Notes under the pieces: model-generated
Told to the model about the DNA's origin: nothing
Database searches by the model: none
What the model saw: the letters and a program-made list of their open reading frames with translations, nothing else
Translations under genes and position numbers: made by a program
Part shown: positions 9,567 through 18,201 of the stretch, piece after piece
Layout of the letters: every line of letters starts with the position of its first letter
How positions within the stretch are numbered: position 1 is the first letter of the stretch
Source: Candidatus Harpocratesius repetitus
GTDB lineage: Archaea > Asgardarchaeota > Lokiarchaeia > Sigyniarchaeales > Promethearchaeaceae
Assembly (NCBI GenBank): GCA_021498095.1
Contig: JAIZWK010000001.1
Span: 420,001-452,000 of the forward strand
Reading direction: 5' to 3'
DNA length: 32,000 bases

Positions 9567-9989
9567 TTATGAAAAATATCTATCTGTTAATCTTTTTTGA
9601 AAATAATCAAACATTGAGAGATTGCCGTTCCAATGTGGAATTATTTCATTAAATTCTTTTATAAATTCCTCATAAATCTCTTGTAAAACGGCTCGTACTC
9701 TGCGAGATTTTACATATTTATAAGTAAGTGCTACTAAAAAGAGCGGAATAGGATCTAAAATTGGGAGTAACACTAGTTGCAAATCGTTCATAGCAATATG
9801 GCTTAATTTTTTTTCAGAAATGAATTCCATTGCAGCTAACATTCCTGAAAATAATAGAGGGTCAACTTTATTTGTATTTGAATAGTGTAAATTTCGTGTA
9901 TTAAGCAAAAGCAATCCTGAATTATTGAAAATCCATAATTCAATTAATTTTGGAATCCGAGATCGCTTAATTATCGAACGAGATTGCAT
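9567..9989 (-). CDS. Stand-alone longin/roadblock-like protein (Asgard type)
   Basis: Pattern LWIFNNSGLLL (beta-beta), DPLLFSGMLAAM (helix), three strands, L.EIYEEF..EF helix and W.GN...F..F...L tail, typical of longin-fold proteins. Confidence 0.65.
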   Translation of the reverse strand: MQSRSIIKRSRIPKLIELWIFNNSGLLLLNTRNLHYSNTNKVDPLLFSGMLAAMEFISEKKLSHIAMNDLQLVLLPILDPIPLFLVALTYKYVKSRRVRAVLQEIYEEFIKEFNEIIPHWNGNLSMFDYFQKRLTDRYFS

Positions 9990-10097
9990 TGATTGTCAAA
10001 TAATTAACAAAAATCAACACCTTAATTTATTTGCATTAGCCAAGTTAAAAATGCTTAAAAGGATAAATTTCCATTATCAGCATGAGCTGAATTTATA

Positions 10098-10982
10098 ATG
10101 GGAAAAGAAAATAAAAAAAAGAAAAAAGGCTTATCTCAGCAAGAATACCGCAACAAGCTCATTAAAATAAAGAAGTTACTTTCTAATGTAAAGAATAAGA
10201 AAGAAATTGAAACACTTAAACTCGCACTACTAAAATTGTTTGAAGCGTCTAAAAATAATCCAGCTCTCCATAATTTGGAACCTTTTCGTATAACCTTGTT
10301 TAAAACCTGTAATCTAAATCTTCAATTTTTGAATTTAAATGAAGATGTTTGGGACCTTTTCTCTCAAGGTAAAATTGAAGATGCATATAACTTAATTCTT
10401 AAAGGGGTGGGATCTATGAATAATCATCCCGATCGTGAATATTTACATGGTTGGGTTAGAGAAAAAATTCAAAGTACTTTAGAAAAAATCGCAGATATTG
10501 CTACATCTAATAAAAAACACCAATCTGCTCAAATCACTTCTCAAATCTCACAAAAGCAAGGTGTAAATTCAGACACAATCATGAATCCACTTGGCCGAAA
10601 AATTGATTTAGCTCAAGATGGTAAACAAACAATCCTTTCTAATTCAGTAAATATGGATCATCTTGCATCACTGTCAAATACTCAAATGCCTACAATATTT
10701 CCAAATGGAAGAAAACAAAATGCGACTATAAAACCTCTACAATCTTCTCAAAGCGAAAAAACAATGAAATTAACCTCAAATCAGGAGTTTGAAACTTTAT
10801 TTAAACCTCAAAATTTTTCAGAACAGCAAGTTTTAAGAACTCCAGAAAACCCTTTTATAAAAAATGGGGAAAATGAAGAAGAAAATCCAATTCATACTTA
10901 CTGGATTCGGAATCAAAAAATAAAAAAGCAATTACAAGAGAGTTCTACTTTTCCTAAAAGGAAAAATGAAGAGAAAAATTGA
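10098..10982 (+). CDS. Hypothetical protein (basic helical N-terminal half, low-complexity Q/S/N-rich C-terminal half)
   Basis: 294-aa ORF filling the gap; no family motif recognised. Confidence 0.7.
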   Translation: MGKENKKKKKGLSQQEYRNKLIKIKKLLSNVKNKKEIETLKLALLKLFEASKNNPALHNLEPFRITLFKTCNLNLQFLNLNEDVWDLFSQGKIEDAYNLILKGVGSMNNHPDREYLHGWVREKIQSTLEKIADIATSNKKHQSAQITSQISQKQGVNSDTIMNPLGRKIDLAQDGKQTILSNSVNMDHLASLSNTQMPTIFPNGRKQNATIKPLQSSQSEKTMKLTSNQEFETLFKPQNFSEQQVLRTPENPFIKNGENEEENPIHTYWIRNQKIKKQLQESSTFPKRKNEEKN

Positions 10983-11024
10983 ATATTTATTGATTTGATA
11001 AAAAAGAATCATTCACTTTATCAA

Positions 11025-11978
11025 TCAATCTACATTTGAACGATTTAATGGATCAAATTTGGATAATATCTCATACAATGCCCATAAGACAATAAGAATT
11101 TTATTACTATCAATGCTTTTTGATCTTTTTACTATGAAATTTTCTTCAGCAATTTGTGATTTTAAATCATTATGAATTAATGAAAATATTTGATCAATCT
11201 CATCTAAAGCTTGTTCAAATTTCCCATTCTCGATAAAATACTGAAAAGATTTTGTTAGTTTTAATTGTTTCAAAGAAATTTTAGTTTGTTGTTCTGTGGT
11301 TAAATAAATTTTCGTGAATAACCATAATGTCGTTCGTATTCGAAATAAATATTCATTAAATTGGATAATTCTCTTTTTTTGTGAATTTTTATCTATTGTT
11401 TCACGGGTTTTTTGCTGAAAACTAATTCTTAATTCTTCAATAATTCTATCTGCTTCGTTTTCTGATATTTTCTTAATTTCTAAGTTTTCTTTGTATATAA
11501 ATAAAGAATCGATAAGATTTTCACCAAATTCAGCTTGAAACTCTAATACTTGAAATTTAAGGATGAATAGTAAAGAATAATTAAGAGATATCTTATATTC
11601 TTCTTTAGGATCTTGCTTGCTAAGAAAAGTTTTAATAAGATAAAAGAAACTATTCCAATCCCCTTGCTGAAATTTTATAAATATATCATCAACAGCATAT
11701 CGAAATTCTTTTTTGATATTTTTCCATTGTAATAGATCGAAAAAAATAGATCTTACCATTAAATAGATTTGTGGAGGAAAAATTTTCTGAAAATCAACTC
11801 CAATTGGATCATTATAATGTTTTGTCAATAATTCGACATTTGTAGAGAGGAGAGAGTCAAGTTTATTATTATCTAGTGGAGATTTAACAATCTTTCCCAC
11901 AGTTAGGATTTCTCCTTTTTCTAATGCTTTTTTTAATTCGTCGCTTATAATTATCACCTTTACTTTAACTGTTAACAA
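11025..11978 (-). CDS. Hypothetical all-alpha protein, last gene of the E2-JAB-E1 operon (start uncertain)
   Basis: Long open frame. The track's ATG at 12059 overlaps the E1 gene by 65 nt. In-frame alternatives are TTG 11978, GTG 11957, and ATA 11948, which lies 5 nt after AGGTGA. Confidence 0.7.
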   Translation of the reverse strand: MLTVKVKVIIISDELKKALEKGEILTVGKIVKSPLDNNKLDSLLSTNVELLTKHYNDPIGVDFQKIFPPQIYLMVRSIFFDLLQWKNIKKEFRYAVDDIFIKFQQGDWNSFFYLIKTFLSKQDPKEEYKISLNYSLLFILKFQVLEFQAEFGENLIDSLFIYKENLEIKKISENEADRIIEELRISFQQKTRETIDKNSQKKRIIQFNEYLFRIRTTLWLFTKIYLTTEQQTKISLKQLKLTKSFQYFIENGKFEQALDEIDQIFSLIHNDLKSQIAEENFIVKRSKSIDSNKILIVLWALYEILSKFDPLNRSNVD

Positions 11979-11994
11979 TGATCTATAATAATAC

Positions 11995-12846
11995 CTAAGG
12001 AGTTTCAGCAAGAAAAGCAGCAATCTCCTCAATTTCTGCTTTCTTTTGTTTTCGTTCAAGTTTTGATTCTTGTTTTAATATATCAGGATCAACTTCTTTT
12101 AAGATTTTGCGACATTCACATTGTTTTTGGCGAACTATACGCTCAAAATAAAAAGATTTTTCAAATCGAAGATCAAATTTAAATAATCCTGGAATTAAAG
12201 GGGGATCTGATGGAAGTGGTAAAAGTACTTGGCGAACACAATTTACCATAAAACCAGCTACAATTTGACTAGTATAAACAACACTGGGTTCAGGTTTTTG
12301 AATGCATGATGTTTCTTGCTGAGTCTCTTGATCTTGTACTGATTTAGGAAAAATACAATTTATACAGGGTGTTTTTCTGGTTAAAATTCCAATTTGACCC
12401 CCAAACCAAGATAATCCTCCATGAATCATAGGAATATTTTTACGAATACAATAATAATTCAATATTTTTCTCACTCTAATTCGATCAACACAATCAATAA
12501 CTAAATCTACTTTTCGAATTACTGAATCAATAGTTGTCTCTTCAATCCTTTCATCTATACCCACAATAATTAAGGAGGAGTTTCTTTCAATTAGTCGTTC
12601 AGCAAGTACTTCTGCTTTATTTTTACCTATATCTTTTTCACAGAAAAGTGATTGCCGATTTAAATTATGGGTAGAAATTGTATCAAAATCAAAAATTTTA
12701 ATTGTTCCAATTCCTAAGCCGATAAGACCAAGACATACATGATTTCCAAGAGCTCCTGCACCAATAACAGCAACACTTGCATTAGATAATTTTTCTTGAT
12801 TCCAACCTGGAATTCTAGATTGTCGATCATATTTTAAAGAATTCAT
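11995..12846 (-). CDS. ThiF/MoeB/E1-like adenylating enzyme
   Basis: YDRQ..I.GW.Q.KL, GAGALG, DFDTISTHNLNRQ, KAEV, DCVD, Zn ligands C161xxC164 and C243xC245, and candidate catalytic C181 (ETSC). Confidence 0.93.
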   Translation of the reverse strand: MNSLKYDRQSRIPGWNQEKLSNASVAVIGAGALGNHVCLGLIGLGIGTIKIFDFDTISTHNLNRQSLFCEKDIGKNKAEVLAERLIERNSSLIIVGIDERIEETTIDSVIRKVDLVIDCVDRIRVRKILNYYCIRKNIPMIHGGLSWFGGQIGILTRKTPCINCIFPKSVQDQETQQETSCIQKPEPSVVYTSQIVAGFMVNCVRQVLLPLPSDPPLIPGLFKFDLRFEKSFYFERIVRQKQCECRKILKEVDPDILKQESKLERKQKKAEIEEIAAFLAETP

Positions 12847-13616
12847 AATTTAACCCTATTATTTTTTTTATTTTCAAAATGAATTTTATTTTTTAATTCC
12901 ATTTGAATTTCTTTTCTAATTCCAATTAAATCCAAATCATTGGGTAACGCTTTAATTATTTTAAACGAAGCAGATTCATGAAATATTTTCCCAGTAAAAA
13001 CTTGAGTGCTTACCAAACCAAAATACTTATGGTTTAAATTGACAGTTATTCCATAAACATATTTAACTTGAATTCCATTCCATTTTCTATAATTCGATGT
13101 CTCTGCCAAGAGAGTATCTTGATTGAAATAATCAGTACCTGAAAAAAACACATTAAGATTTGCATGACTGTGAGTCCAACCTAGAATTGTTAGATTTTTT
13201 TTGTGTATGTAAGAACTTAAATCTAAAAGATCGCGACCTTCTACGTTAACAGATGCAAAATGAACTTGTTGATTAGGAATAAGAATATCTTCAATTATAT
13301 GGTTTTTTCCTGTGCATAATGCATAGACCTCAACTTCTTTAGTCGTAATTTTTGTCACTTCTTCAGCCATAATAAACATTTTTTCTAAAGCATATTCAGT
13401 TATTAAAATTTCAGTAATTGGATGAAAACCGTTTAAAACCTCGAAAGAATCAACAGAAAAAGATGTTTCAGAAGGATTTTGGATATTTTGAAATTCTTTT
13501 TCTCTTATTATCTCTTTTTTCTTAATATTATTTTGTCTATTGGGGATCTCAGTTATAATTGTTTTATTTAATATCTCTTCAATAGAATTTCCAACCAAAA
13601 TCTTCTTTTTTGACAT
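12843..13616 (-). CDS. JAB/MPN+ (JAMM) metallopeptidase
   Basis: E96 plus H149-S-H151-x7-S159-x2-D162 (GWTHSHANLNVFFSGTD). Its stop overlaps the E1 start (ATGA). Confidence 0.9.
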   Translation of the reverse strand: MSKKKILVGNSIEEILNKTIITEIPNRQNNIKKKEIIREKEFQNIQNPSETSFSVDSFEVLNGFHPITEILITEYALEKMFIMAEEVTKITTKEVEVYALCTGKNHIIEDILIPNQQVHFASVNVEGRDLLDLSSYIHKKNLTILGWTHSHANLNVFFSGTDYFNQDTLLAETSNYRKWNGIQVKYVYGITVNLNHKYFGLVSTQVFTGKIFHESASFKIIKALPNDLDLIGIRKEIQMELKNKIHFENKKNNRVKL

Positions 13617-13629
13617 GTTTTTCCCTTTT

Positions 13630-14454
13630 TTACTTTTTTTTCTTCTTTTTAGTTGAAGTTATTGTTGCTAAGTATTTTGAGTATTGAGGTGTACCTAAAT
13701 GCCCATTTGCTGGTGATACGCGCCGATTATAACCTGTGATTAAAATCTGAACTGCTTGGCGTATCAAACTATTAATTGAATTAGCAAATCTTAATCGGTT
13801 GAATTCTTTTTCATCATCAGAATTATAAAAAGAACCCATACAAATTTTTTGACCAAAAAAGTGAAAATCCCGATAAACAAAAGGATGCTCATAAAATGAA
13901 TTTGGGGATTCTGCAATAACTTCTGGGTTTTCTGGATGTAAATTTTCATCAATTCGAATTGCAATAGTGCAAGCAGGCATCTGATAAACGAGATTTTCAA
14001 AATGAATTTGATAAGGAGGAAGATATCGAATCGCAGCTAAAGCTTTTTCTTGAGGATTTCGAAATAAAGGTTTCATTACAAATATTATATGACTTTCAGT
14101 TAAATTAGCAATATCTTGGGGAGGTATCTTCTCATATAGATCAATGAGAGATTTCTTTTCTCCTATAATTCTTCTCATATGCTGGTGATAGATTGTAAGA
14201 ATTTCTTTCAGTCTCCCCTTTAAATTGAGACCACGAATTGTACTATAAATAATACCATTGAAAATCACTATTTCTTTTGTTTGAATAACTGAAAGTAATT
14301 TAGATTGATGACTAAATGGAATTTTCTTTCCAATTTCAATGAAATCAGATAAGTACATCAAAGGACACATTTGATAAATCCGATTATCTTTGATAAAACT
14401 TACTCCTTCATGAGGAGATAATATTTCTTGAATTTCTTCAGTAAATGATTTCAT
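13630..14454 (-). CDS. Divergent E2/UBC-fold-like protein with N-terminal extension
   Basis: YEHPFVY...GQKICMG resembles the E2 HPN...GxICL active-site motif (H190, P191, C205), followed by helices ending in L.TGY. Lies 13 bp upstream of the JAB gene. Confidence 0.6.
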   Translation of the reverse strand: MKSFTEEIQEILSPHEGVSFIKDNRIYQMCPLMYLSDFIEIGKKIPFSHQSKLLSVIQTKEIVIFNGIIYSTIRGLNLKGRLKEILTIYHQHMRRIIGEKKSLIDLYEKIPPQDIANLTESHIIFVMKPLFRNPQEKALAAIRYLPPYQIHFENLVYQMPACTIAIRIDENLHPENPEVIAESPNSFYEHPFVYRDFHFFGQKICMGSFYNSDDEKEFNRLRFANSINSLIRQAVQILITGYNRRVSPANGHLGTPQYSKYLATITSTKKKKKK

Positions 14455-14580
14455 AATGCGAATTAGCTCAACTAGTAGTAATTAGGTGATTTAATCTTTA
14501 GAACTCACCCTTTTCAAATTTTTTGTTTCTTGTGCTAAAAAACCACTATTTTTTTTGAACGGAATATATAGTAAATTAGA

Positions 14581-15255
14581 ATGTTTACACTATCCACTCG
14601 TACGAGTTGGCAAAAGGAACAAACACGCCTTGATTTAACTGATATGAAGGAATTTTTATATCCATATCCCTTAATTGAAAGGAAATTTTTTGATGATCTC
14701 ATGAAATTATGCCGCTCCCAAGCCACTTACTATGTTGAAATGGGATTAATCAGTGTTTTCAATAATAAAAAACAGCAATTAAATCCAGATACATGGATTT
14801 TAATTTGGGCTTTGGATTTTAAAGATCGAGTCTATCAAATTCTGATTGATCGAAATGTGAAGCATAAAGGAAGAGGTGCAATAGCAGCAGTAGGTCCTCA
14901 AGATTTAGGTGAATTTTTTGCACGAATGAAGCAAAATGCTATCCTTCCTTTACTTACTTTAATTAATACACCAGAAAAAATGAAATCAGTAGGTGTTATT
15001 GTATCTCGTCCAAAATCTTATAGAGATAAACAAAAAGAGCGCCAAGAGTTTCAAGCGTTTGCTAGATTCCAAAAATGGATAGCCCAATTAAAAGCCACAC
15101 CTAATAAAGAGGGGCAATGGTTTCCAAGTTCAGCTCCAAAATGTCCTGTTTGTGGTAATCCATTAGTTGGAATTTCAGACAATTATCGAATTGGGTTTGG
15201 ATATTTGATATGCCCAGAATGCGGTCATAGTGAACGTCGTAGAATTGGTATGTAA
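14581..15255 (+). CDS. Hypothetical protein with C-terminal zinc ribbon
   Basis: CPVCG...LICPECG at the C-terminus; divergent from the E2-like gene across 126 bp. Confidence 0.8.
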   Translation: MFTLSTRTSWQKEQTRLDLTDMKEFLYPYPLIERKFFDDLMKLCRSQATYYVEMGLISVFNNKKQQLNPDTWILIWALDFKDRVYQILIDRNVKHKGRGAIAAVGPQDLGEFFARMKQNAILPLLTLINTPEKMKSVGVIVSRPKSYRDKQKERQEFQAFARFQKWIAQLKATPNKEGQWFPSSAPKCPVCGNPLVGISDNYRIGFGYLICPECGHSERRRIGM

Positions 15256-15372
15256 TTGTATGTAATTCATTTTATTTCCTTTTTTCTTTTCAACATTTCA
15301 ATTTTTTTCAATTTAGTTTTGACCACCACTATGTAAAATAGAGGAATTTAATCGCTTTGATAATTAATATTA

Positions 15373-16197
15373 TTATTTTACTTTGCAATTATATTTATCT
15401 CTAATTTGGAAAGCTTTATCTGGGAAATTTGTATATATTGCATCAGGATTAAATTTTAAGAATTTTTTAAGTATTGTTTTTGTGTGCATATCCCATAGAA
15501 ATATCTTTAATCCAGCGCTCTTTAAAAGTATTTTATATTCTTCTTTAAAACGAGGAGCTTGAATATTAAATCCTTCAATCTTTAATTTGTGAATTTTTCC
15601 ATTAGGTTCAAGATGATGATGACGGATGTGATATTCTAAATTTGAGGCAATAAAATGTAATGAGTATGTGGGAAATTGCAATTTCAAATTCCTAATTTTC
15701 CATAAAGTATTGCTGCATAAAAAAGTTCTATCCAAAAGATTATAATGGGCTAATATTGGAATAATGTAAAAGCCTACTCGATTATCTTGTAAATCAATGC
15801 TAAATAAAAGTTTTGAATAACCATTTATTGGTTCATGTATCTTTACATCTTGATAACGTTGACAGAATTCTTCTAAAGTTGGAATATGTTGGCCATTTGG
15901 AAGGATAAGTTTCTTTATTTCAGAAATAGATAGCCTATTTAAGTTAATATGACGATTTGTGGTTTGATTAAAAAAAAAACGATCATGATGAATAATAACA
16001 TGCTCATCTTTAGTTAACCAACAATCAAATTCAACTCCATGAGCACCTAATTCCACTGCTTTATCAAAAGCTTCAAATGAATTCTCGTGAGCATAGCCTG
16101 AAGCACCTCGATGAGCAAAAATAATTGGATTGCAAAAAGAATTAGAAAAATGGTTTTTCATGAACTGTTGATCAAGTTTGGTTAATTTGTGCCTCAA
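15373..16197 (-). CDS. Glycerophosphodiester phosphodiesterase (GDPD family)
   Basis: IFAHRGASGYAHENS..AF..A...GA.GVEFDCWLTKD...IIHHD, IPTLEE and AIYTNFP. TTG start in the track; ATG 16161 is possible. Confidence 0.92.
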   Translation of the reverse strand: MRHKLTKLDQQFMKNHFSNSFCNPIIFAHRGASGYAHENSFEAFDKAVELGAHGVEFDCWLTKDEHVIIHHDRFFFNQTTNRHINLNRLSISEIKKLILPNGQHIPTLEEFCQRYQDVKIHEPINGYSKLLFSIDLQDNRVGFYIIPILAHYNLLDRTFLCSNTLWKIRNLKLQFPTYSLHFIASNLEYHIRHHHLEPNGKIHKLKIEGFNIQAPRFKEEYKILLKSAGLKIFLWDMHTKTILKKFLKFNPDAIYTNFPDKAFQIRDKYNCKVK

Positions 16198-16436
16198 TTT
16201 AAATTATAGCGCTGTTGAAGAAGAGCAGTCAAATTAATCTCATAACGATTTGCAATTTCAACAAACTCCATGGTGTAATCGCTCAAAATTTTTTCAATTT
16301 CAAGTTTTGCTTCTTGTTCTAAAGATTTTTTTAATCTTGTATGAAGATCGTCAAATTTTTCTATGAGATCATAGATTTCTATAGGATGATCAAATTTATG
16401 CAAATTTTTCATAAACTTTTGAATTTTTTCTAACAT
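16194..16436 (-). CDS. Small helical hypothetical protein
   Basis: 80-aa ATG ORF in the gap, stop overlapping the GDPD frame start; amphipathic helices. Confidence 0.6.
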   Translation of the reverse strand: MLEKIQKFMKNLHKFDHPIEIYDLIEKFDDLHTRLKKSLEQEAKLEIEKILSDYTMEFVEIANRYEINLTALLQQRYNLN

Positions 16437-16551
16437 AAATGTTGTTTATTTTTTAAATATAAAAAGCTGAGGTTTTAAGAAGAAGAAAGGTCAAATTAAA
16501 TATTAAATAATACGAAGTGACGAATTGATCAATTCAGAGGAATGAAAAAAT

Positions 16552-18096
16552 ATGAGTAAATATGTTGCAGCTTTAGATGTAGGCACAACTGGAACCAGAT
16601 GTATCATTTTTGATTTATCTGGAAAAGAAATAGGCAGAGATTATAAAGAGTGGCAAAGTTTCTATCCTTCTCCCGCTATGGTAGAACAAGATGCAAATGC
16701 ATGGTGGGATGCAGTAAGAAAAACAATCTTTAATGCCATTCGTCGCTCGAAAATAAACAGCGAAGATATAATTAGCGTAGCAATAACAAATCAGCGGGAA
16801 ACGATTGTTCCAGTGGATTTAAACGGGAATCCATTACATAATGCAATTGTTTGGCAAGATAGAAGAACGACAGCAGAGTGTGATTGGATAAAAAACAATA
16901 TCGGAGAAGACGAAGTATATCGTACAACTGGCTTAACCATTGATCCATATTTTAGTGGCTCGAAAATTCTATGGTTCAAAAACCATCACCCAGATATGTA
17001 TTCTAAGACACATAAATTTTTACTTGTACATGATTTTATTCTATATAAATTAACAGGGAAATTTATAACCGATTTTTCAAATGCGAGCCGAACTATGCTA
17101 TTTGATATAAATCAATTAAAATGGTCTGATGATTTTGCTGTAAAAATGGAGATAGATTTAGATAAAATGCCAGAAGCAGTCGCCCCTGGTACTGAGGTTG
17201 GTACAATACAATCATCAGATACAGGCTTTAGTACATCTACAAAGATAATAGCTGGAGCAGGAGATCAACAATGTGCAGCTTTGGGAGTGGGAGTGGTAAA
17301 ACCAGGTCGAATGAAATGTACCACTGGAACAGGTTCATTTATTTTAGGATATTTGGATAAACCTTCTTTTGATCCTCAAAAGCGAGTACTTTGTAGTTGT
17401 GCAGCCGTACCTGGAAAATGGGTACAAGAAGCAAGCATATTTACGTCTGGTGCAGCATTACGCTGGTGTCGAGATAATGTAGGAGCCGCTGAATCTATTC
17501 AAGCCTATTTAGAAACAAGTCGTGGAAATACAGTTGATCCTTATGACTTAATTACAGATGAAGCAGCTAAATCCCCAGTTGGAGCAAATGGATTACTATT
17601 CCTTCCTCATCTGGCAGGGGCAGGAGCACCTTATTGGAATCCGAATGCACGTGGAATTATGTTTGGTTTGGCCTTAGGACATAAAACCAGAGACTTATAC
17701 CGCGCTGTATTAGAAGGTGTTGCATTTGAAGTTAAAAAGAACATTAAAGTTTTCTCAGAACTCGGATTGAAACCACAAGATTTGAGAATTACCGGCGGTG
17801 GATCTCGATCAGATCTCTGGAATCAAATTATGGCAGATGTACTGGGAATACAATGCGGACGAGGTGATTTAGAAGAATCAACTGCTGTGGGAGCATCAAT
17901 TTTAGCTGCTTTTGGAGCAGGAGAATATTCAGATTTAGCCAAAGCAGCTGATGATATGGCAAATATCAATCATGTTTGGACCCCAAATCTTGATAATGCG
18001 GCTAAATATGAAGAATTGTTTAAAATCAATCAAGAAATCTATCAATCACTCCATGAACGCAAAATTTATGCGAAATTAGCCAACATAATGAAATAA
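16552..18096 (+). CDS. FGGY-family carbohydrate kinase (glycerol kinase/xylulokinase-like)
   Basis: ALDVGTTGTR, ITNQRET, VWQDRRT, DPYFSGSK, TDFSNASRTMLFD, GDQQ and GGGSRS. The N-terminal half is GlpK-like; the substrate cannot be assigned. Confidence 0.9.
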   Translation: MSKYVAALDVGTTGTRCIIFDLSGKEIGRDYKEWQSFYPSPAMVEQDANAWWDAVRKTIFNAIRRSKINSEDIISVAITNQRETIVPVDLNGNPLHNAIVWQDRRTTAECDWIKNNIGEDEVYRTTGLTIDPYFSGSKILWFKNHHPDMYSKTHKFLLVHDFILYKLTGKFITDFSNASRTMLFDINQLKWSDDFAVKMEIDLDKMPEAVAPGTEVGTIQSSDTGFSTSTKIIAGAGDQQCAALGVGVVKPGRMKCTTGTGSFILGYLDKPSFDPQKRVLCSCAAVPGKWVQEASIFTSGAALRWCRDNVGAAESIQAYLETSRGNTVDPYDLITDEAAKSPVGANGLLFLPHLAGAGAPYWNPNARGIMFGLALGHKTRDLYRAVLEGVAFEVKKNIKVFSELGLKPQDLRITGGGSRSDLWNQIMADVLGIQCGRGDLEESTAVGASILAAFGAGEYSDLAKAADDMANINHVWTPNLDNAAKYEELFKINQEIYQSLHERKIYAKLANIMK

Positions 18097-18201
18097 TTTC
18101 AGTTATCACTTTTTTCCTACTTTTTGTTATTTTATATTTTATCTTGTAATAGTAAAGGGTATGGAACAAAAGGAAGAAAAATGAGTTATTCCAATATTGG
18201 A

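Noticed and set aside
11960-12059. N-terminal extension MNENKRKQKLRRLLLFLL... of protein X as a signal peptide
   Set aside because: It mostly overlaps the E1 3' end and is probably not translated; downstream starts fit better.
1014-12846. The E1 is merely the sulfur-carrier activator for the TtuA-like thiolase
   Set aside because: The genes are 10 kb apart, and the E1 is translationally coupled to a JAB gene next to an E2-like gene, which sulfur relay does not need. A secondary role is not excluded.
5728-14570. Recurring TTTTTTGAA...ATATATA promoter-like motif (5728, ~7190-7212 on the minus strand, 14551)
   Set aside because: The spacing between the two parts varies (8, 11 and 4 nt) and both parts are low-complexity in an AT-rich genome.
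15248-15267. 10-bp tandem duplication GTATGTAATT across the stop codon of the zinc-ribbon gene
   Set aside because: Only two copies and no change to the protein; probably slippage.
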